NCBI GenBank assembly: GCA_965237955.1
Contig: OZ250169.1
Span: 1,472,001 to 1,536,000 of the forward strand
Direction of reading: 5' to 3'
Source of the DNA: Candidatus Marinacidobacterales bacterium
GTDB taxonomy: Bacteria > Acidobacteriota > Vicinamibacteria > Marinacidobacterales > SMYC01
DNA length: 64,000 bases
Positions within the stretch are counted from its first letter, which is position 1; each line of letters begins with the position of its first letter. Shown piece by piece: positions 29,078 to 39,669 of this stretch. The notes under the pieces were generated by a model. The model was not told where the DNA came from, did not search any database, and saw only the letters and a list, made by a program, of their open reading frames with translations. The position numbers and the translations under genes are program-made.

Positions 29078-30241
29078 ATGCGTTTCCTTCACACCGGAGA
29101 CTGGCACGTCGGGAAAACGCTCCGCGGACGGAGCCGTGCCGACGAGCATCGCGCGGTCCTGAAAGAGATTGCCGAGCTCGCCCGAGACCAGAAGGTCGAC
29201 ATCGCTCTCGTCGCCGGCGATCTGTTCGACTCCGCATCGCCCACCGCCGAATCCGAGGAGATCGTTTATGGCGCGCTGTTGGAGTTAGCGCACGCGAGCG
29301 AATGGGTGGTCGTCATCTCGGGAAATCACGACAACCCGAGACGGCTCGCGGCGGTCGAGCCGCTGATGCGGCTCACGAACATCCGCGTGCGGCCGGCGCT
29401 AGCGCTCCCTGAAGATGGAGGCGTCATCGTTCTCCAGACGAAAGTCGGTGACGCGCGCATCGCGATGCTCCCGTTCCTGTCACAACGTCTCATCGTGAAG
29501 GCCGACGACCTCATGATGCGCGACACGTTCGAGCATCTCGGGAGCTATGCCGAGCGAGCGCATCGGATCATCCAGTCCTTGTGCCCTGATAATGCTGATG
29601 CGCCGCCTCAGACCGTAGATATTCTGCTCGCGCACGCGATGGTGCATGGCGGCGTCATGGGCGGCGGCGAGCGACAGGCTCACACCATCTTCGAGTACAG
29701 TATTCCCACGACCGTGTTTCCGAGCTCGCTGCACTACACGGCTCTGGGCCACCTTCACCGTGCGCAAAAGCTTCCGGGCGCATGTCCCATCTGGTACTCG
29801 GGCTCCCCGCTCCAGCTCGACTTTGGCGAGACGCGTGACGATAAAAGCGTCAACATCGTGGATGCGGAGCTCGGCGTGCCGGCCACGGTGGCGTCCCTTC
29901 CGCTCACGGCAGGCCGTCACTTGCGCCACGTCAAGACGACCATGGAAAAGCTTATCGAGGTCGCCGCCGAAGCGGGCGACGACTACCTTCGCGTCGAGAT
30001 CGATGCACCGCCGGCACCGGGCCTCGCCGATCAGGTGCGCGCACGATTGCCGAACGCCGTCGACGTGCAGATATCGAGGTGTCACCCGAAGCGCGATGAC
30101 ACCGATCGAGCGCACCCGACTCGCATCGGACGCTCGCCCCGCGAGCTCTTCCACGAGTATCTGTCCGAGCGCGGCGAGGACGACCGACGGCTCAAAGCAC
30201 TCTTCGACGAGCTTCTCGAGGAAGTCTATGCGCCCGATTAG
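29078..30241 (+). CDS. sbcD: SbcD/Mre11 nuclease
   Basis: HTGDWH, GDLFD, GNHD, LGHLH, YSGSP. Confidence 0.93.
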   Translation: MRFLHTGDWHVGKTLRGRSRADEHRAVLKEIAELARDQKVDIALVAGDLFDSASPTAESEEIVYGALLELAHASEWVVVISGNHDNPRRLAAVEPLMRLTNIRVRPALALPEDGGVIVLQTKVGDARIAMLPFLSQRLIVKADDLMMRDTFEHLGSYAERAHRIIQSLCPDNADAPPQTVDILLAHAMVHGGVMGGGERQAHTIFEYSIPTTVFPSSLHYTALGHLHRAQKLPGACPIWYSGSPLQLDFGETRDDKSVNIVDAELGVPATVASLPLTAGRHLRHVKTTMEKLIEVAAEAGDDYLRVEIDAPPAPGLADQVRARLPNAVDVQISRCHPKRDDTDRAHPTRIGRSPRELFHEYLSERGEDDRRLKALFDELLEEVYAPD

Positions 30242-32609
30242 ACTCGAGCTCGAAGGTTTTACGGCGTATCGCGAGTACACCGTCCTCGATTTCGACGGCG
30301 CCGACTTGTTCGTGCTGACCGGACCCACCGGCTCAGGCAAGTCGAGCATCATCGACGCAATCACGTTCGCACTCTACGGAAGCGTGCCGCGGTACCAGAA
30401 CCCGAACCTCGTCCATCCCGTGATTAGCCAGGGGAAAGTCGAGGCCAGAGTCCGTTTCGACTTTGCGATCGCGGAGCGCGTGTACACAGCCGTGCGAGTT
30501 GTCCGCAAGACAGCCCGCGGAGGCGCGACGACCAAAGAAGCCCGTCTCGAGACCGACGGCCGCCTCGTCGCCGGCACCGCCGACGACATCACGCGGAAGA
30601 TGCGCGAGCTCCTCGGACTCAACTTCGAGCAGTTCACGACGTGCGTCGTGCTGCCACAGGGTGACTTCGCGCGCTTTCTCCACGAGAAACCCGCCCAACG
30701 TCAGGACTTGTTGACGAAGCTTCTCGGTGTCGACATTTACGAGAAGATGGGGACCCTCGCCCGCACCCGCGAGTCGGTGGCGAAGCAGAAAACTCAGCTC
30801 CACGAGGACGAGCTCGAGCAGATCCAGAACGCGACCACGGTGGCGAAGAAAGCGGCGGCATCGAAGGTCAAGGATCTCGAAAAGCTCAAGGTTGCGATCG
30901 AAAAGGCCGAGCCCGAGCTCGAGCGCCTCGACAAGGAAGTCGAGGCGAAGGGGGCCGAGGCCGTGCTTCTCGAAGCCGACGCCGAGCTTTTGAAGAGCTT
31001 GCGAATACCGCGTGGACTCACCGAGTTCGCCGACAAGATCGAGAACGCGCGTGCCGACTACGATCGGGCGCGGAAGGCACGTAGCGAGGCCGACGACGCC
31101 TTGCACCGGGCAGAGGCCGCGCGCGCGCAACTCGGCGACCCAGCGGAGCTCAAAGAGATACTTCGCGCACACGAAGATCACACCGAGCGAGCCCAAGAGC
31201 TCGAAGCGGCGAGAAGCGACTCGGCCGCGGCCGAGTCCCAACTCCAAAAGCATGAGTCGGGTCGCGCCAAATCGGAAGCTCGACTCGCCCACGCCCGTGC
31301 GGCCGTCGACGCCGCTCGCCGCGAGCTCGCCGCCCACGACCTCGGCACTCATCTGAAGGCGGGTAAGCCGTGCCCAGTGTGCTTGGTAGTTCTTGCCGAG
31401 GTCCCAGCGCTCACGCTCCCACCAGCACTCTCGAACGCGGAAAAAGACCTCGAGCGTGTCGAGAAAGAACGAAAGAAAGAAGACCGGGCTTTTCGTGACG
31501 TCGAGAAGCAGGCGACGCTCGCCCACGAACGGGTCCGCTCTCTTGCCAGCAAGCTCGAGGCGACCGAGAAAACGCTCTCAAAGGTTGATCCGACGGCGAT
31601 CGAGACCGAGCTCAGGGAGATCGAAAAAGCCGAGACAGAGCTCGCCGTCGCGCGCAAAACGGACCGCTCCGCGCGGAACCAAGAGAAGCGTGCTCACGAA
31701 GAAATGGATCGCTTGTCCGACGAAGAGACGCGCGCCTGGAAACGTTTCGAGGAAGCGCGCGACGCGGTCGCTACCCTGAGCCCTCCGCGAACCGACGGGG
31801 AGGCTCTGGGAGAAGCGTGGACGAAGTTGTCCGCATGGGCGAAAGCAAAATCGCCGCAGCATCTCGAGCTGGCCGAAAAAGCGTCGGCAGACGCTCGGGC
31901 CGCCGTGCAGACCAAGGCAAAGCTGATCGATGAGCTACAAAAACAGGGTGACGAGCTCGGCGTCGCCCTTCCCGAGGAGCGCCCTCGGGACGCTGTCGTG
32001 TCGGCGCTCGCCGAAGCAGAGCAAGAGAAAAAGAGCATCGCCGATGCGATCGACCGCGCCCGCACGCTTCGCGAGAAGGTCGACTCCGATCGCGAAGCGG
32101 CGGCAGTAGCCGGCGCGCTCGGCCAGCACTTGAAGTCGACCGGATTCGAGCGCTGGCTCCTCGAAGAAGCGTTCCACCAGCTCGCCACGGGTGCGACCGT
32201 GATCCTGAACGAGCTATCGAGTGGCCAGTACTCGTTCGAGTACGACGAGAAGCTCAATTTCGAAGTCGTGGACCACCGTAATGCCGACGAGCGCCGCTCG
32301 GCACGAACGCTCTCGGGTGGTGAGACTTTCCTCGCGTCGCTGGCGCTGGCGCTGACGCTCGCAGAACAAACCGCCGAGCTCGCCGCCGACGGTTCGGCGC
32401 GACTCGAGTCCCTCTTTCTCGACGAAGGTTTCGGCACACTCGACAACGACACGCTCGAAATCGTCGCGAGCGCGATCGAAGACCTCGGCGCCAAAGGCCG
32501 TATCGTCGGCGTCGTCACCCACCAGCAAAGCCTCGCGGATAAGATCGCCGTGCAGTTTCGGGTGAACAAAGGCCCAGTGACGGCGACCGTCGAGAAGATC
32601 GTCGCGTGA
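30228..32609 (+). CDS. sbcC: SbcC/Rad50 SMC ATPase
   Basis: GPTGSGKS, LPQG, CPVC zinc hook, LSGGE, LDEGFG. Confidence 0.93.
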   Translation: MRPIRLELEGFTAYREYTVLDFDGADLFVLTGPTGSGKSSIIDAITFALYGSVPRYQNPNLVHPVISQGKVEARVRFDFAIAERVYTAVRVVRKTARGGATTKEARLETDGRLVAGTADDITRKMRELLGLNFEQFTTCVVLPQGDFARFLHEKPAQRQDLLTKLLGVDIYEKMGTLARTRESVAKQKTQLHEDELEQIQNATTVAKKAAASKVKDLEKLKVAIEKAEPELERLDKEVEAKGAEAVLLEADAELLKSLRIPRGLTEFADKIENARADYDRARKARSEADDALHRAEAARAQLGDPAELKEILRAHEDHTERAQELEAARSDSAAAESQLQKHESGRAKSEARLAHARAAVDAARRELAAHDLGTHLKAGKPCPVCLVVLAEVPALTLPPALSNAEKDLERVEKERKKEDRAFRDVEKQATLAHERVRSLASKLEATEKTLSKVDPTAIETELREIEKAETELAVARKTDRSARNQEKRAHEEMDRLSDEETRAWKRFEEARDAVATLSPPRTDGEALGEAWTKLSAWAKAKSPQHLELAEKASADARAAVQTKAKLIDELQKQGDELGVALPEERPRDAVVSALAEAEQEKKSIADAIDRARTLREKVDSDREAAAVAGALGQHLKSTGFERWLLEEAFHQLATGATVILNELSSGQYSFEYDEKLNFEVVDHRNADERRSARTLSGGETFLASLALALTLAEQTAELAADGSARLESLFLDEGFGTLDNDTLEIVASAIEDLGAKGRIVGVVTHQQSLADKIAVQFRVNKGPVTATVEKIVA

Positions 32610-32960
32610 AATCGGCTTCGGCTGATGAGTTGCTTCGCCGATTGTCGGAGCCGCGGTGGCAGACGGTAACCAACAGAAAGCTGTTTTTCGACACCTTACC
32701 CCTCCTGAGAAATCGATTGCATTGGCCTCGCAGGGAACCGCCGACCCTGGAAACCTGTCAATCGTCACAAACTGAGGGAAAACGCCCACACCAACATCCC
32801 GCTAACTCGCTACAACCATTTGCCTTACACCCACGCTAATTCGTGGGAGTATGCCAACGCCTCGGATCACAGAAGTGACGACGCTCGCATGTCACACTCG
32901 CAGTCCCCCGGATTCGTCCCGCCTCCCCCCGGGCAATTTATTCGCTCGAGTTGGACCATC

Positions 32961-35393
32961 ATGTCAGAGTCGAAATCATTGGACGCCGAGCTCCAATCAG
33001 CACTCACCGGAGCTTTCGGCAATCGCTACCAGCTCTCGGACCGGCTCGGAACCGGTTCTTACGGCGTCGTCTTCCGTGCGCGGGACACGATGCTCGACCG
33101 GGACGTCGCCATCAAGCAGGTGCGTCTCGACAACTTTCAAAACGCCGACCAGGCGGAGGAAGTCAAGCTTCGCACTCAGCGTGAAGCGAAGATGGCGGCG
33201 AGGCTCCGACATGCCGGAATCGTCGCCGTTCACGACATCGTGAATACGCAAACGAGCACGCTCATCATCATGGAGTACGTCCGCGGCAAGACGCTCGAGG
33301 ACAAGCTTCGCGAACAACAACGCCTCGGCCTCGAACAAACGATCGCGATCGTCGTGCACCGGGACATCAAACCGGCCAACTTGATGATTACCGACGATGG
33401 CTCGGTCAAGATCGCCGACTTCGGCATCGCCAAGTCTCAGTCGGGCTCGGAGATGACGTCGAACATCACCGCGACGGGGAACGTCCTCGGTACACCTTAT
33501 TACATGTCTCCCGAACAGGCCCGAGGCGAGGACGAGCTCGACGGACGCTCCGATCTGTTCTCGCTCGGCTGCGTCACTTACGAATGCCTCACCGGAAGAA
33601 AGCCGTTCCGCGGCAAGTCGGTCATTGACGTGCTCTTGACCATCGCGAGCGGTGACCCGGCGGAGCTCGACTGTGACGAGCTCGAGCTCCACGCGGATAT
33701 CGAGTTGGTTCTAGGCAAGGCGTTGGCGAAGACGCCAGCAGCACGCTTCCAAACCGCTCGGGAGCTGGTTGAAGCCATTCGCGCCGTTCCCGCGGTCGAA
33801 TCCGCCGGCGCAACGCCGGTGGTGACCAGTCGCGATCCGGGCGCGAGCTCCACGTTCGATGACGCGCTACAGGGTACGCTGAATGAGCGAGGGGTCGCCG
33901 ACATCATCCGTGACATTCAAACGAGCGGCAAGACCGGCATTCTGCATCTACAACGGGACGAGCTCTCCAAGCGTCTGTACTTCCTGGACGGTTCGATTGT
34001 TTTCGCGAACTCCGACGTCGACTCCGATCGCCTCGGGCAAGTTCTCATCAGCGGAGGCATCATCGATGCGCCGAGTTACGAACGCGCAGCACGTGCGATG
34101 AAGAAAACCCGACGACGGCTCGGACGGACGCTGGTTGCGCTCGGCAATCTCCAGGAGGAGAGCCTCGACGAGACGTTAAACGATCAAATCCAGCGCATCA
34201 TCTACTCCGTCTTCAGCTGGGAATCGGGAGACTACAAGTTCGAGACCATCGACAAGCCGGTCGAGGACGACCTCGCGCGCGCGCTGTCCACCGACGAGAT
34301 CGTCCTCGAAGGTGTTCGCAGCATGGCCACGGAGTCGACGATACGACACGCCATCGGTGACACTGACCGGATCCTCCAAAACGTCGAGGGAGTGACAGCC
34401 CACGAGAAGAACGTCACCTTGACGGCCGCGGAAGGATTCGTGCTGTCTCGGGTCGACGGTAGTACCTCGGTCGCGGAGATTGCGGCGATATCCCCACTCG
34501 ACGACGATGAAACATTTCGCTGCATCTACGGTCTCATCTCCACCGGCATCCTGCGGATCGAAGACACGTTGGGCAACGCAACCGGGCGCTTGCCGCGTGT
34601 CTCGACGCTCGATGCCGAGCCAACGGTTACGGAAGCCGCCACTAACGATACCGATACGGACCCGATGGTCGAGGAAATCGAGGCCAAGCGGTCGGCGATG
34701 GAGCAATCGAACTTCTACGAGATCCTCGAAGTGAAACGAGGCGAAACTCCGGAAGCGCTCAAGAAGGCGTACTACGCCCTGGCCAAGAAGTATCACCCGG
34801 ATCGGCACCAATCATGCGAAACGGACGCGCTGAAAGACCAGCTCGCGGAAATTCTTGCCAAGCTAGCGGACGCGTACGACGTTTTGTCCAATCGTTCGAA
34901 ACGCCTCCGCTACGATAACAAGCTTTCGCAAACCGAAGGTGTCGATCCAGAGCTCGTCGGTACTGTCCGAACCTCGCCCGATGTTCTCGCCGAGACCAAG
35001 TACCGGGCGGGCAGGGGACGCTACCAAGCGAAGGACTACCACGAGGCAGTTCAGAACCTTCGCGAGGCCGTGCGCCTCGACCCTACGAAGATCGCCTACC
35101 ACAAGCTTCTCGGCCAGGCGCTCACGAAAAACCCGTTGTGGCGTAAGCAAGCGGAGACCCACTTGCGCCGCGTTCTCGACGCCGAGCCGTACGACAAAGA
35201 TTGCTATCTCGAGCTCGCCACGATCTACGAGGAAGGTGGATTAACGACTCGTGCGCGGCAGATGTACGAGCGAGTCGCTTCTCTGGATCCGGATCACAAG
35301 GTCGCGCTGAAAAAGCTCGGCTTCGAAGGCGAGGCGGGAAAGGCCGCGTTTTTTCGCAAGTTCATCGGAAAAACGGACGACGCGTCGCACTGA
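32961..35393 (+). CDS. Ser/Thr kinase-DUF4388-J-domain-TPR protein
   Basis: GTGSYG, VAIK, HRDIKPAN, DFG, YMSPE; KTGILHL..LGQVL; YHPD J-domain; C-terminal TPRs. Confidence 0.9.
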   Translation: MSESKSLDAELQSALTGAFGNRYQLSDRLGTGSYGVVFRARDTMLDRDVAIKQVRLDNFQNADQAEEVKLRTQREAKMAARLRHAGIVAVHDIVNTQTSTLIIMEYVRGKTLEDKLREQQRLGLEQTIAIVVHRDIKPANLMITDDGSVKIADFGIAKSQSGSEMTSNITATGNVLGTPYYMSPEQARGEDELDGRSDLFSLGCVTYECLTGRKPFRGKSVIDVLLTIASGDPAELDCDELELHADIELVLGKALAKTPAARFQTARELVEAIRAVPAVESAGATPVVTSRDPGASSTFDDALQGTLNERGVADIIRDIQTSGKTGILHLQRDELSKRLYFLDGSIVFANSDVDSDRLGQVLISGGIIDAPSYERAARAMKKTRRRLGRTLVALGNLQEESLDETLNDQIQRIIYSVFSWESGDYKFETIDKPVEDDLARALSTDEIVLEGVRSMATESTIRHAIGDTDRILQNVEGVTAHEKNVTLTAAEGFVLSRVDGSTSVAEIAAISPLDDDETFRCIYGLISTGILRIEDTLGNATGRLPRVSTLDAEPTVTEAATNDTDTDPMVEEIEAKRSAMEQSNFYEILEVKRGETPEALKKAYYALAKKYHPDRHQSCETDALKDQLAEILAKLADAYDVLSNRSKRLRYDNKLSQTEGVDPELVGTVRTSPDVLAETKYRAGRGRYQAKDYHEAVQNLREAVRLDPTKIAYHKLLGQALTKNPLWRKQAETHLRRVLDAEPYDKDCYLELATIYEEGGLTTRARQMYERVASLDPDHKVALKKLGFEGEAGKAAFFRKFIGKTDDASH

Positions 35394-35436
35394 TCGAGAG
35401 CCTTCGTCCAACCGCGTTTTTGGCTACACTACCAGC

Positions 35437-35991
35437 GTGAGACTGCCGAGACCCATTCTGTTCGCTGTGGCCGGTGCCGTGTTGTTGTCCTCACCGACGC
35501 TGGCTCAGGAACAAAAACGCCGAGAATCGGAGCGCGATCGCGGCCCCGAAGCTAACTTTCAGCGTCTCGATGACGACGGCGATGGAAAACTCTCCCCTGA
35601 CGAGCTATCCATGCTTGCCCGCGCCCGTTTCGACCAGCTCGATCGCGACGACGATGGTGTTCTCAGCTTCGATGAGTTCCGCGAGATGGAAAGCCAGCGC
35701 GCTTCGAGCGCGTCGACACCAACCGACGACGGCTTCGTCGACGAGGGCGAAATGAAGATGATGGCGCTCAGGGCGCGCGAGGCCCGGAATGCTCCGTCGG
35801 GCCTGATGCGACGCCTCATGGAGCTCGACCTCGACGGTGATGGGCGCCTCCACCGTGACGAGCTTCCGGAAGCGATGGAATATCTGCGCGCACAGTTCGA
35901 GCGTTTCGACTTCAACGCGGATGACTACCTCGACGGAGCCGAGCTCCGAGCGATGACGGAACAGACGTGGCGTCGTGGACGGCGACCCTGA
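35437..35991 (+). CDS. Secreted EF-hand protein
   Basis: Four or five DxDxDGxLxxxE loops after a signal peptide. Confidence 0.88.
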   Translation: MRLPRPILFAVAGAVLLSSPTLAQEQKRRESERDRGPEANFQRLDDDGDGKLSPDELSMLARARFDQLDRDDDGVLSFDEFREMESQRASSASTPTDDGFVDEGEMKMMALRAREARNAPSGLMRRLMELDLDGDGRLHRDELPEAMEYLRAQFERFDFNADDYLDGAELRAMTEQTWRRGRRP

Positions 35992-35999
35992 GAAAGCTT

Positions 36000-36203
36000 T
36001 TAGGACTCCAGCGCTTTCCGGACCGCCTCGATGGTCATGTCGATGTCCTTTGGCGTCGTGCGCCAGCTTAGTACCGGCACCCGCATGACCCGGCGGCCCT
36101 TCCAGTTGGAGCCACCGAACCACGTGATTCCACTTTTCTGAACGCGCTCGATGACCTCGTCGGTGCGCCGATCGTGGTTGCCATCGTCTGCCTCATCTGG
36201 CAT
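36000..36203 (-). pseudogene. C-terminal relic of a group II PLP decarboxylase
   Basis: RVQKSGITWFGGSNWKGRRVMRVPVLSWRTT. Confidence 0.7.
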
Positions 36204-36311
36204 CAGTATCGCTCATCCATAGATGTTGTGCCGCTGCTCCGGGTCGAGCTGGCGGGCTTCCATGCGCCTATTATGCGCAACCTAGTCGCCCAAACTAACC
36301 GTTTTCGGACG

Positions 36312-38831
36312 TCAGTGCGCTTGGCGGTAGATCTGACGCGCTTTCTCGAACTGCGCGTACACGTGATCCTTTTCGTTCTGCGAGCGCCATCCCGGCCACT
36401 CGTCCGCCATTTGCTGGAGCTTGTCGATCCAGCGCAGCGAATACTCGGAAGCCTCGCGGCTTCGTACCGGCGCACCGCCGACCGTCACCCAGGTCGGATT
36501 CGTGAACGCCTGAGCGAATCTCACATCCAGCGGAAAGCGCTCAACCGGATCGCCCTCCGCGCGCAAGTGGTACCAGCCGCTCTTCGTCACTGAAAGTGTT
36601 TTCTCGAACGAGACGCTCCTGCGATCATCCGTCAGTTCAATCTCCTCGACAACATCGCCGTTCCAAATCAACATCACTTTCGCGAGCGGCGTGATCGAAC
36701 GTACGTGCGCTTGGACGTCGACCGAGCCTCCGCCATCGGGAAGCGACACGGTCTCGCCGGGAATCGCGCCATTCACGGTGAGCTCGACGAGCGGCCCGGT
36801 CGACATGAACGCGTGCCCGGCCCTGAGTCCATCGAACCATGCATCCATGGTCAGCCCACGGCCCCCGGTATACACGTACGTCCGTACCGAGCCGACGAGC
36901 TTGCTCCTATGGAGGTTGCTGATCGAATCCTCACCTCCGGTCGCGGTAACGGCGAGCCCGTTGTTCCATGCGGCGTAGACCGGATAAAACCCCGCTCTTC
37001 CGGCGTCCGACCACTCCACCGCATCCGTCGTGCCGAGTGCGGCGTCCACCATGAAGCCCTTCGCACCACCGAGACTTCCCTCGAGCGGGTCCGAGTCGCC
37101 GGAGAACGCGTGCACGTAGCCGACGGTAGCTCCTTGGGCTTTCGCCTTTCGGAACATGTCGGTGTTGCTCGGGTAGAGGCTTTCGATCGCGGTACCTTCA
37201 TAGCCCGTCGTGTACGGTGAGATCAGATGATCCTCCATGCCGAACATGAATACGTGCCCATAAAACGGCGGCCTGTACTCCTGCCCGACGACGAGAACAC
37301 GATCCGGCGTCGACATCGGGTGCGGGCCGCCCCCGGGGACGAAGAACTGATAGTCGAGAATGCGGTTGTCCTTGTTCGCGATTTGCTCGTTGACGATGTC
37401 TTGATCTTCCGCTTCCGACATCATCATCAAGTTCTCGAGCGTGTTGTGAAGGTTCCCGGCATAGTTCATATGGACGTGGGTCGAGCCGCTGTACCAACCC
37501 TTGGCGGCCATGTCCGTCATCGGCTTCAAGTCGACGACGAGCGATGTCACTTCGGTCGCCTCGATGTCGACCTCGGCGTCCTGGGGCCAGTACTCGAAGC
37601 CCTTGACGACCGTGACCGACGCTTTGCCGACCGGAAGTCGAACGGTGAAGCGTCCGGGCGTGTGGAAGATGTGATCATCCGCGCGGCTGACCCGAGCGTA
37701 AGCGTCGACGGGCGCGTAGAACTTGCCATCGGACGCTTCGAGGTGGATGCGCGAGCCGGTGACCTCACCCGATCCCGCTTCCCGTGTCGTCACCGACAAA
37801 ATGCCCATCGGCCGCTTGTAACGACGGTCGGTAATGTGCACGGTGATCTGTTTTCCACCGTAGGTCTCGAGGAGCGCGAGCTGGGGCAAGCCTTCCTGGT
37901 TCGAGATGTACGCAATCCACTCGCCGTCCGGCGACCATCTGGGATGGAACGCGTCATGACTGAAAAACGTCATCTTGTACGGCTCGCCAGAAACGGTGGG
38001 CTGGACGTACAGGTTCGTGAACTGATCCGCCGAGCCACCCGTGGACGCGTAGATGAAGCGTTTGCCGTCGATAGAAACGTCCGGGCGCGTTCGATACAGC
38101 GTCTGCTCCTCGAGCACCGTTTGTGCCTCTTCGATACCGCTCGCGGCCGCCGGAACGCGCAATACGTTCCCGGAGCCGAGGGGCACGTCACGATTCGAGA
38201 CGATCAGAAGCTCACGGCTATCCGGAAGCCACGCCGGAGCGATGTGCATATCCCACTCACCGAAATAGAGCCGGTTGCGGCCGTAGGTGTTGTCTTTCGT
38301 GAGCGCCAGCTCATCTCCAGTGAAGCGACCGTTCGCGATGTTGCGGATATAGATGTTGAAGTAGCCATTCGGTTTGGTGGAGACGTACGCGACCTTCGTG
38401 CCGTCGGGGGAAAAAACAGGATCGGTGTAGATGTGCGCGTCGTCGGTCAATCGCGATGTTTCGCCGGTCTCGATGTTCAGAATCTCGAGCTGGATCGTCT
38501 GGCCGCCGTCATCCGCGGTATAGATGATCCATTTTCCGTCAGGAGACCAGTCCGGCGACGAGTGGTACTTCTCGTTGTATGTCAGCTCGTAAGCCGTGCC
38601 GGTTTTGGGATCGACTTTCCAGATCGAGCCACTCATGCCGACGGCGATCCATTTACCGTCCGGAGACCACTCCGGCGCCCAAGGAGTGGAGCTCGGCGCG
38701 GGGGGGAAGTAGAAATTGTGCATGTAGTTGCCGCCGTGCTTCGACAACGGATAGCTCGTGCCGAGCTGACCATAGAGTTGGCAGGCAATCGAGAGCACGG
38801 CCAACACGATCGCGAAACGTCTTCCGTTCAT
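36312..38831 (-). CDS. PD40/TolB-propeller plus CehA/McbA-like PHP metallohydrolase
   Basis: Repeated WSPDG motifs; WYSGSTHVH, GQE, GH, GGED motifs. Confidence 0.88.
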   Translation of the reverse strand: MNGRRFAIVLAVLSIACQLYGQLGTSYPLSKHGGNYMHNFYFPPAPSSTPWAPEWSPDGKWIAVGMSGSIWKVDPKTGTAYELTYNEKYHSSPDWSPDGKWIIYTADDGGQTIQLEILNIETGETSRLTDDAHIYTDPVFSPDGTKVAYVSTKPNGYFNIYIRNIANGRFTGDELALTKDNTYGRNRLYFGEWDMHIAPAWLPDSRELLIVSNRDVPLGSGNVLRVPAAASGIEEAQTVLEEQTLYRTRPDVSIDGKRFIYASTGGSADQFTNLYVQPTVSGEPYKMTFFSHDAFHPRWSPDGEWIAYISNQEGLPQLALLETYGGKQITVHITDRRYKRPMGILSVTTREAGSGEVTGSRIHLEASDGKFYAPVDAYARVSRADDHIFHTPGRFTVRLPVGKASVTVVKGFEYWPQDAEVDIEATEVTSLVVDLKPMTDMAAKGWYSGSTHVHMNYAGNLHNTLENLMMMSEAEDQDIVNEQIANKDNRILDYQFFVPGGGPHPMSTPDRVLVVGQEYRPPFYGHVFMFGMEDHLISPYTTGYEGTAIESLYPSNTDMFRKAKAQGATVGYVHAFSGDSDPLEGSLGGAKGFMVDAALGTTDAVEWSDAGRAGFYPVYAAWNNGLAVTATGGEDSISNLHRSKLVGSVRTYVYTGGRGLTMDAWFDGLRAGHAFMSTGPLVELTVNGAIPGETVSLPDGGGSVDVQAHVRSITPLAKVMLIWNGDVVEEIELTDDRRSVSFEKTLSVTKSGWYHLRAEGDPVERFPLDVRFAQAFTNPTWVTVGGAPVRSREASEYSLRWIDKLQQMADEWPGWRSQNEKDHVYAQFEKARQIYRQAH

Positions 38832-38904
38832 AGCGAGCTCCTTAGCGTTCGAACCGAATGGAGACGAATTCTAGTCCTTCGTCAGAGGACGGGCAAGACG
38901 AGGC

Positions 38905-39390
38905 CTACTCGAGCAGCGCGTCCCAGGCAGGAGCGAGCTCGTCGAAGCAAGTGCGCGGATCGACGAGCCCCCACACGTCCTTGACGGAGCCGCGGCGCGC
39001 CCGCCCACTTTGAACGAAGCGGAACGCTTCTGTCGCTCGCTCCTCGAGCGTCGCGTGGCAGCGCAGCAAGTCGTCGTTCAGCTGAGACGCTTCGGCGATT
39101 TGCTCGCCGACGAACATCGCGCCCTCGTTGGCCGCCAGTTCGTCGCGGAGACGCTCACGGAGCGCACGCGACTCGCCGGCGGCTTGCTCGTACTGCTCAC
39201 GCACTTGTTGCAGCTTATCGCGAGTGATGTCGTCCGAGAGCTGGTTCAAAGCCTGGACGGCGGTTCGCTCCGAGGTGAGCGCTTGCCTGTGGAGATCAGC
39301 GATTTTGCCGGGCATCCCGCAACCGCTCACGGCGGCGAGCATGCATCCTGCAACGAGACCTCTATAATAATGTAGTAGCACCCAGACCAA
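38905..39390 (-). CDS. Hypothetical coiled-coil lipoprotein
   Basis: VSGC lipobox-like motif; heptad pattern; true start probably downstream of 39390. Confidence 0.45.
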   Translation of the reverse strand: MVWVLLHYYRGLVAGCMLAAVSGCGMPGKIADLHRQALTSERTAVQALNQLSDDITRDKLQQVREQYEQAAGESRALRERLRDELAANEGAMFVGEQIAEASQLNDDLLRCHATLEERATEAFRFVQSGRARRGSVKDVWGLVDPRTCFDELAPAWDALLE

Positions 39391-39444
39391 GGATATTGAT
39401 GATTCTCGCCGGCGTCAATTCCGGCGCCATACGCGTTTGTCTCC

Positions 39445-39669
39445 ATGAAACAGAGAAGCCCCGTCCCGGCTGGCAAATACCTGGAGGGTGCCGGTCTGGC
39501 TTTGAAGGCGGGCCAAAAGTACGAAGCTGCCGAGTTCTTTCTCAAGGCCGGCGAGCTCGAGACCGCCGCGCTTCTGTTCGAAAAGATCGGCCGCCACGAA
39601 CGCGCCGCCGTCGCCTACGAAAAGGCGGAGAACACCGTCGAAGCCGTGCTTTTCGCACGATCATTGTAG
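39445..39669 (+). pseudogene. TPR/SNAP-like repeat gene truncated by an IS
   Basis: AAEFFLKAG / AALLFEKIG / AAVAYEKA repeats end at the IS boundary (39642). Confidence 0.55.

Noticed and set aside
29646-30227. N-terminal extension of SbcC in the ORF track
   Set aside because: It overlaps sbcD; the Rad50-type start MRPIRLEL is at 30228.
32606-32839. nurA downstream of sbcC
   Set aside because: The GTGA overlap is suggestive, but the translation shows no NurA motifs.
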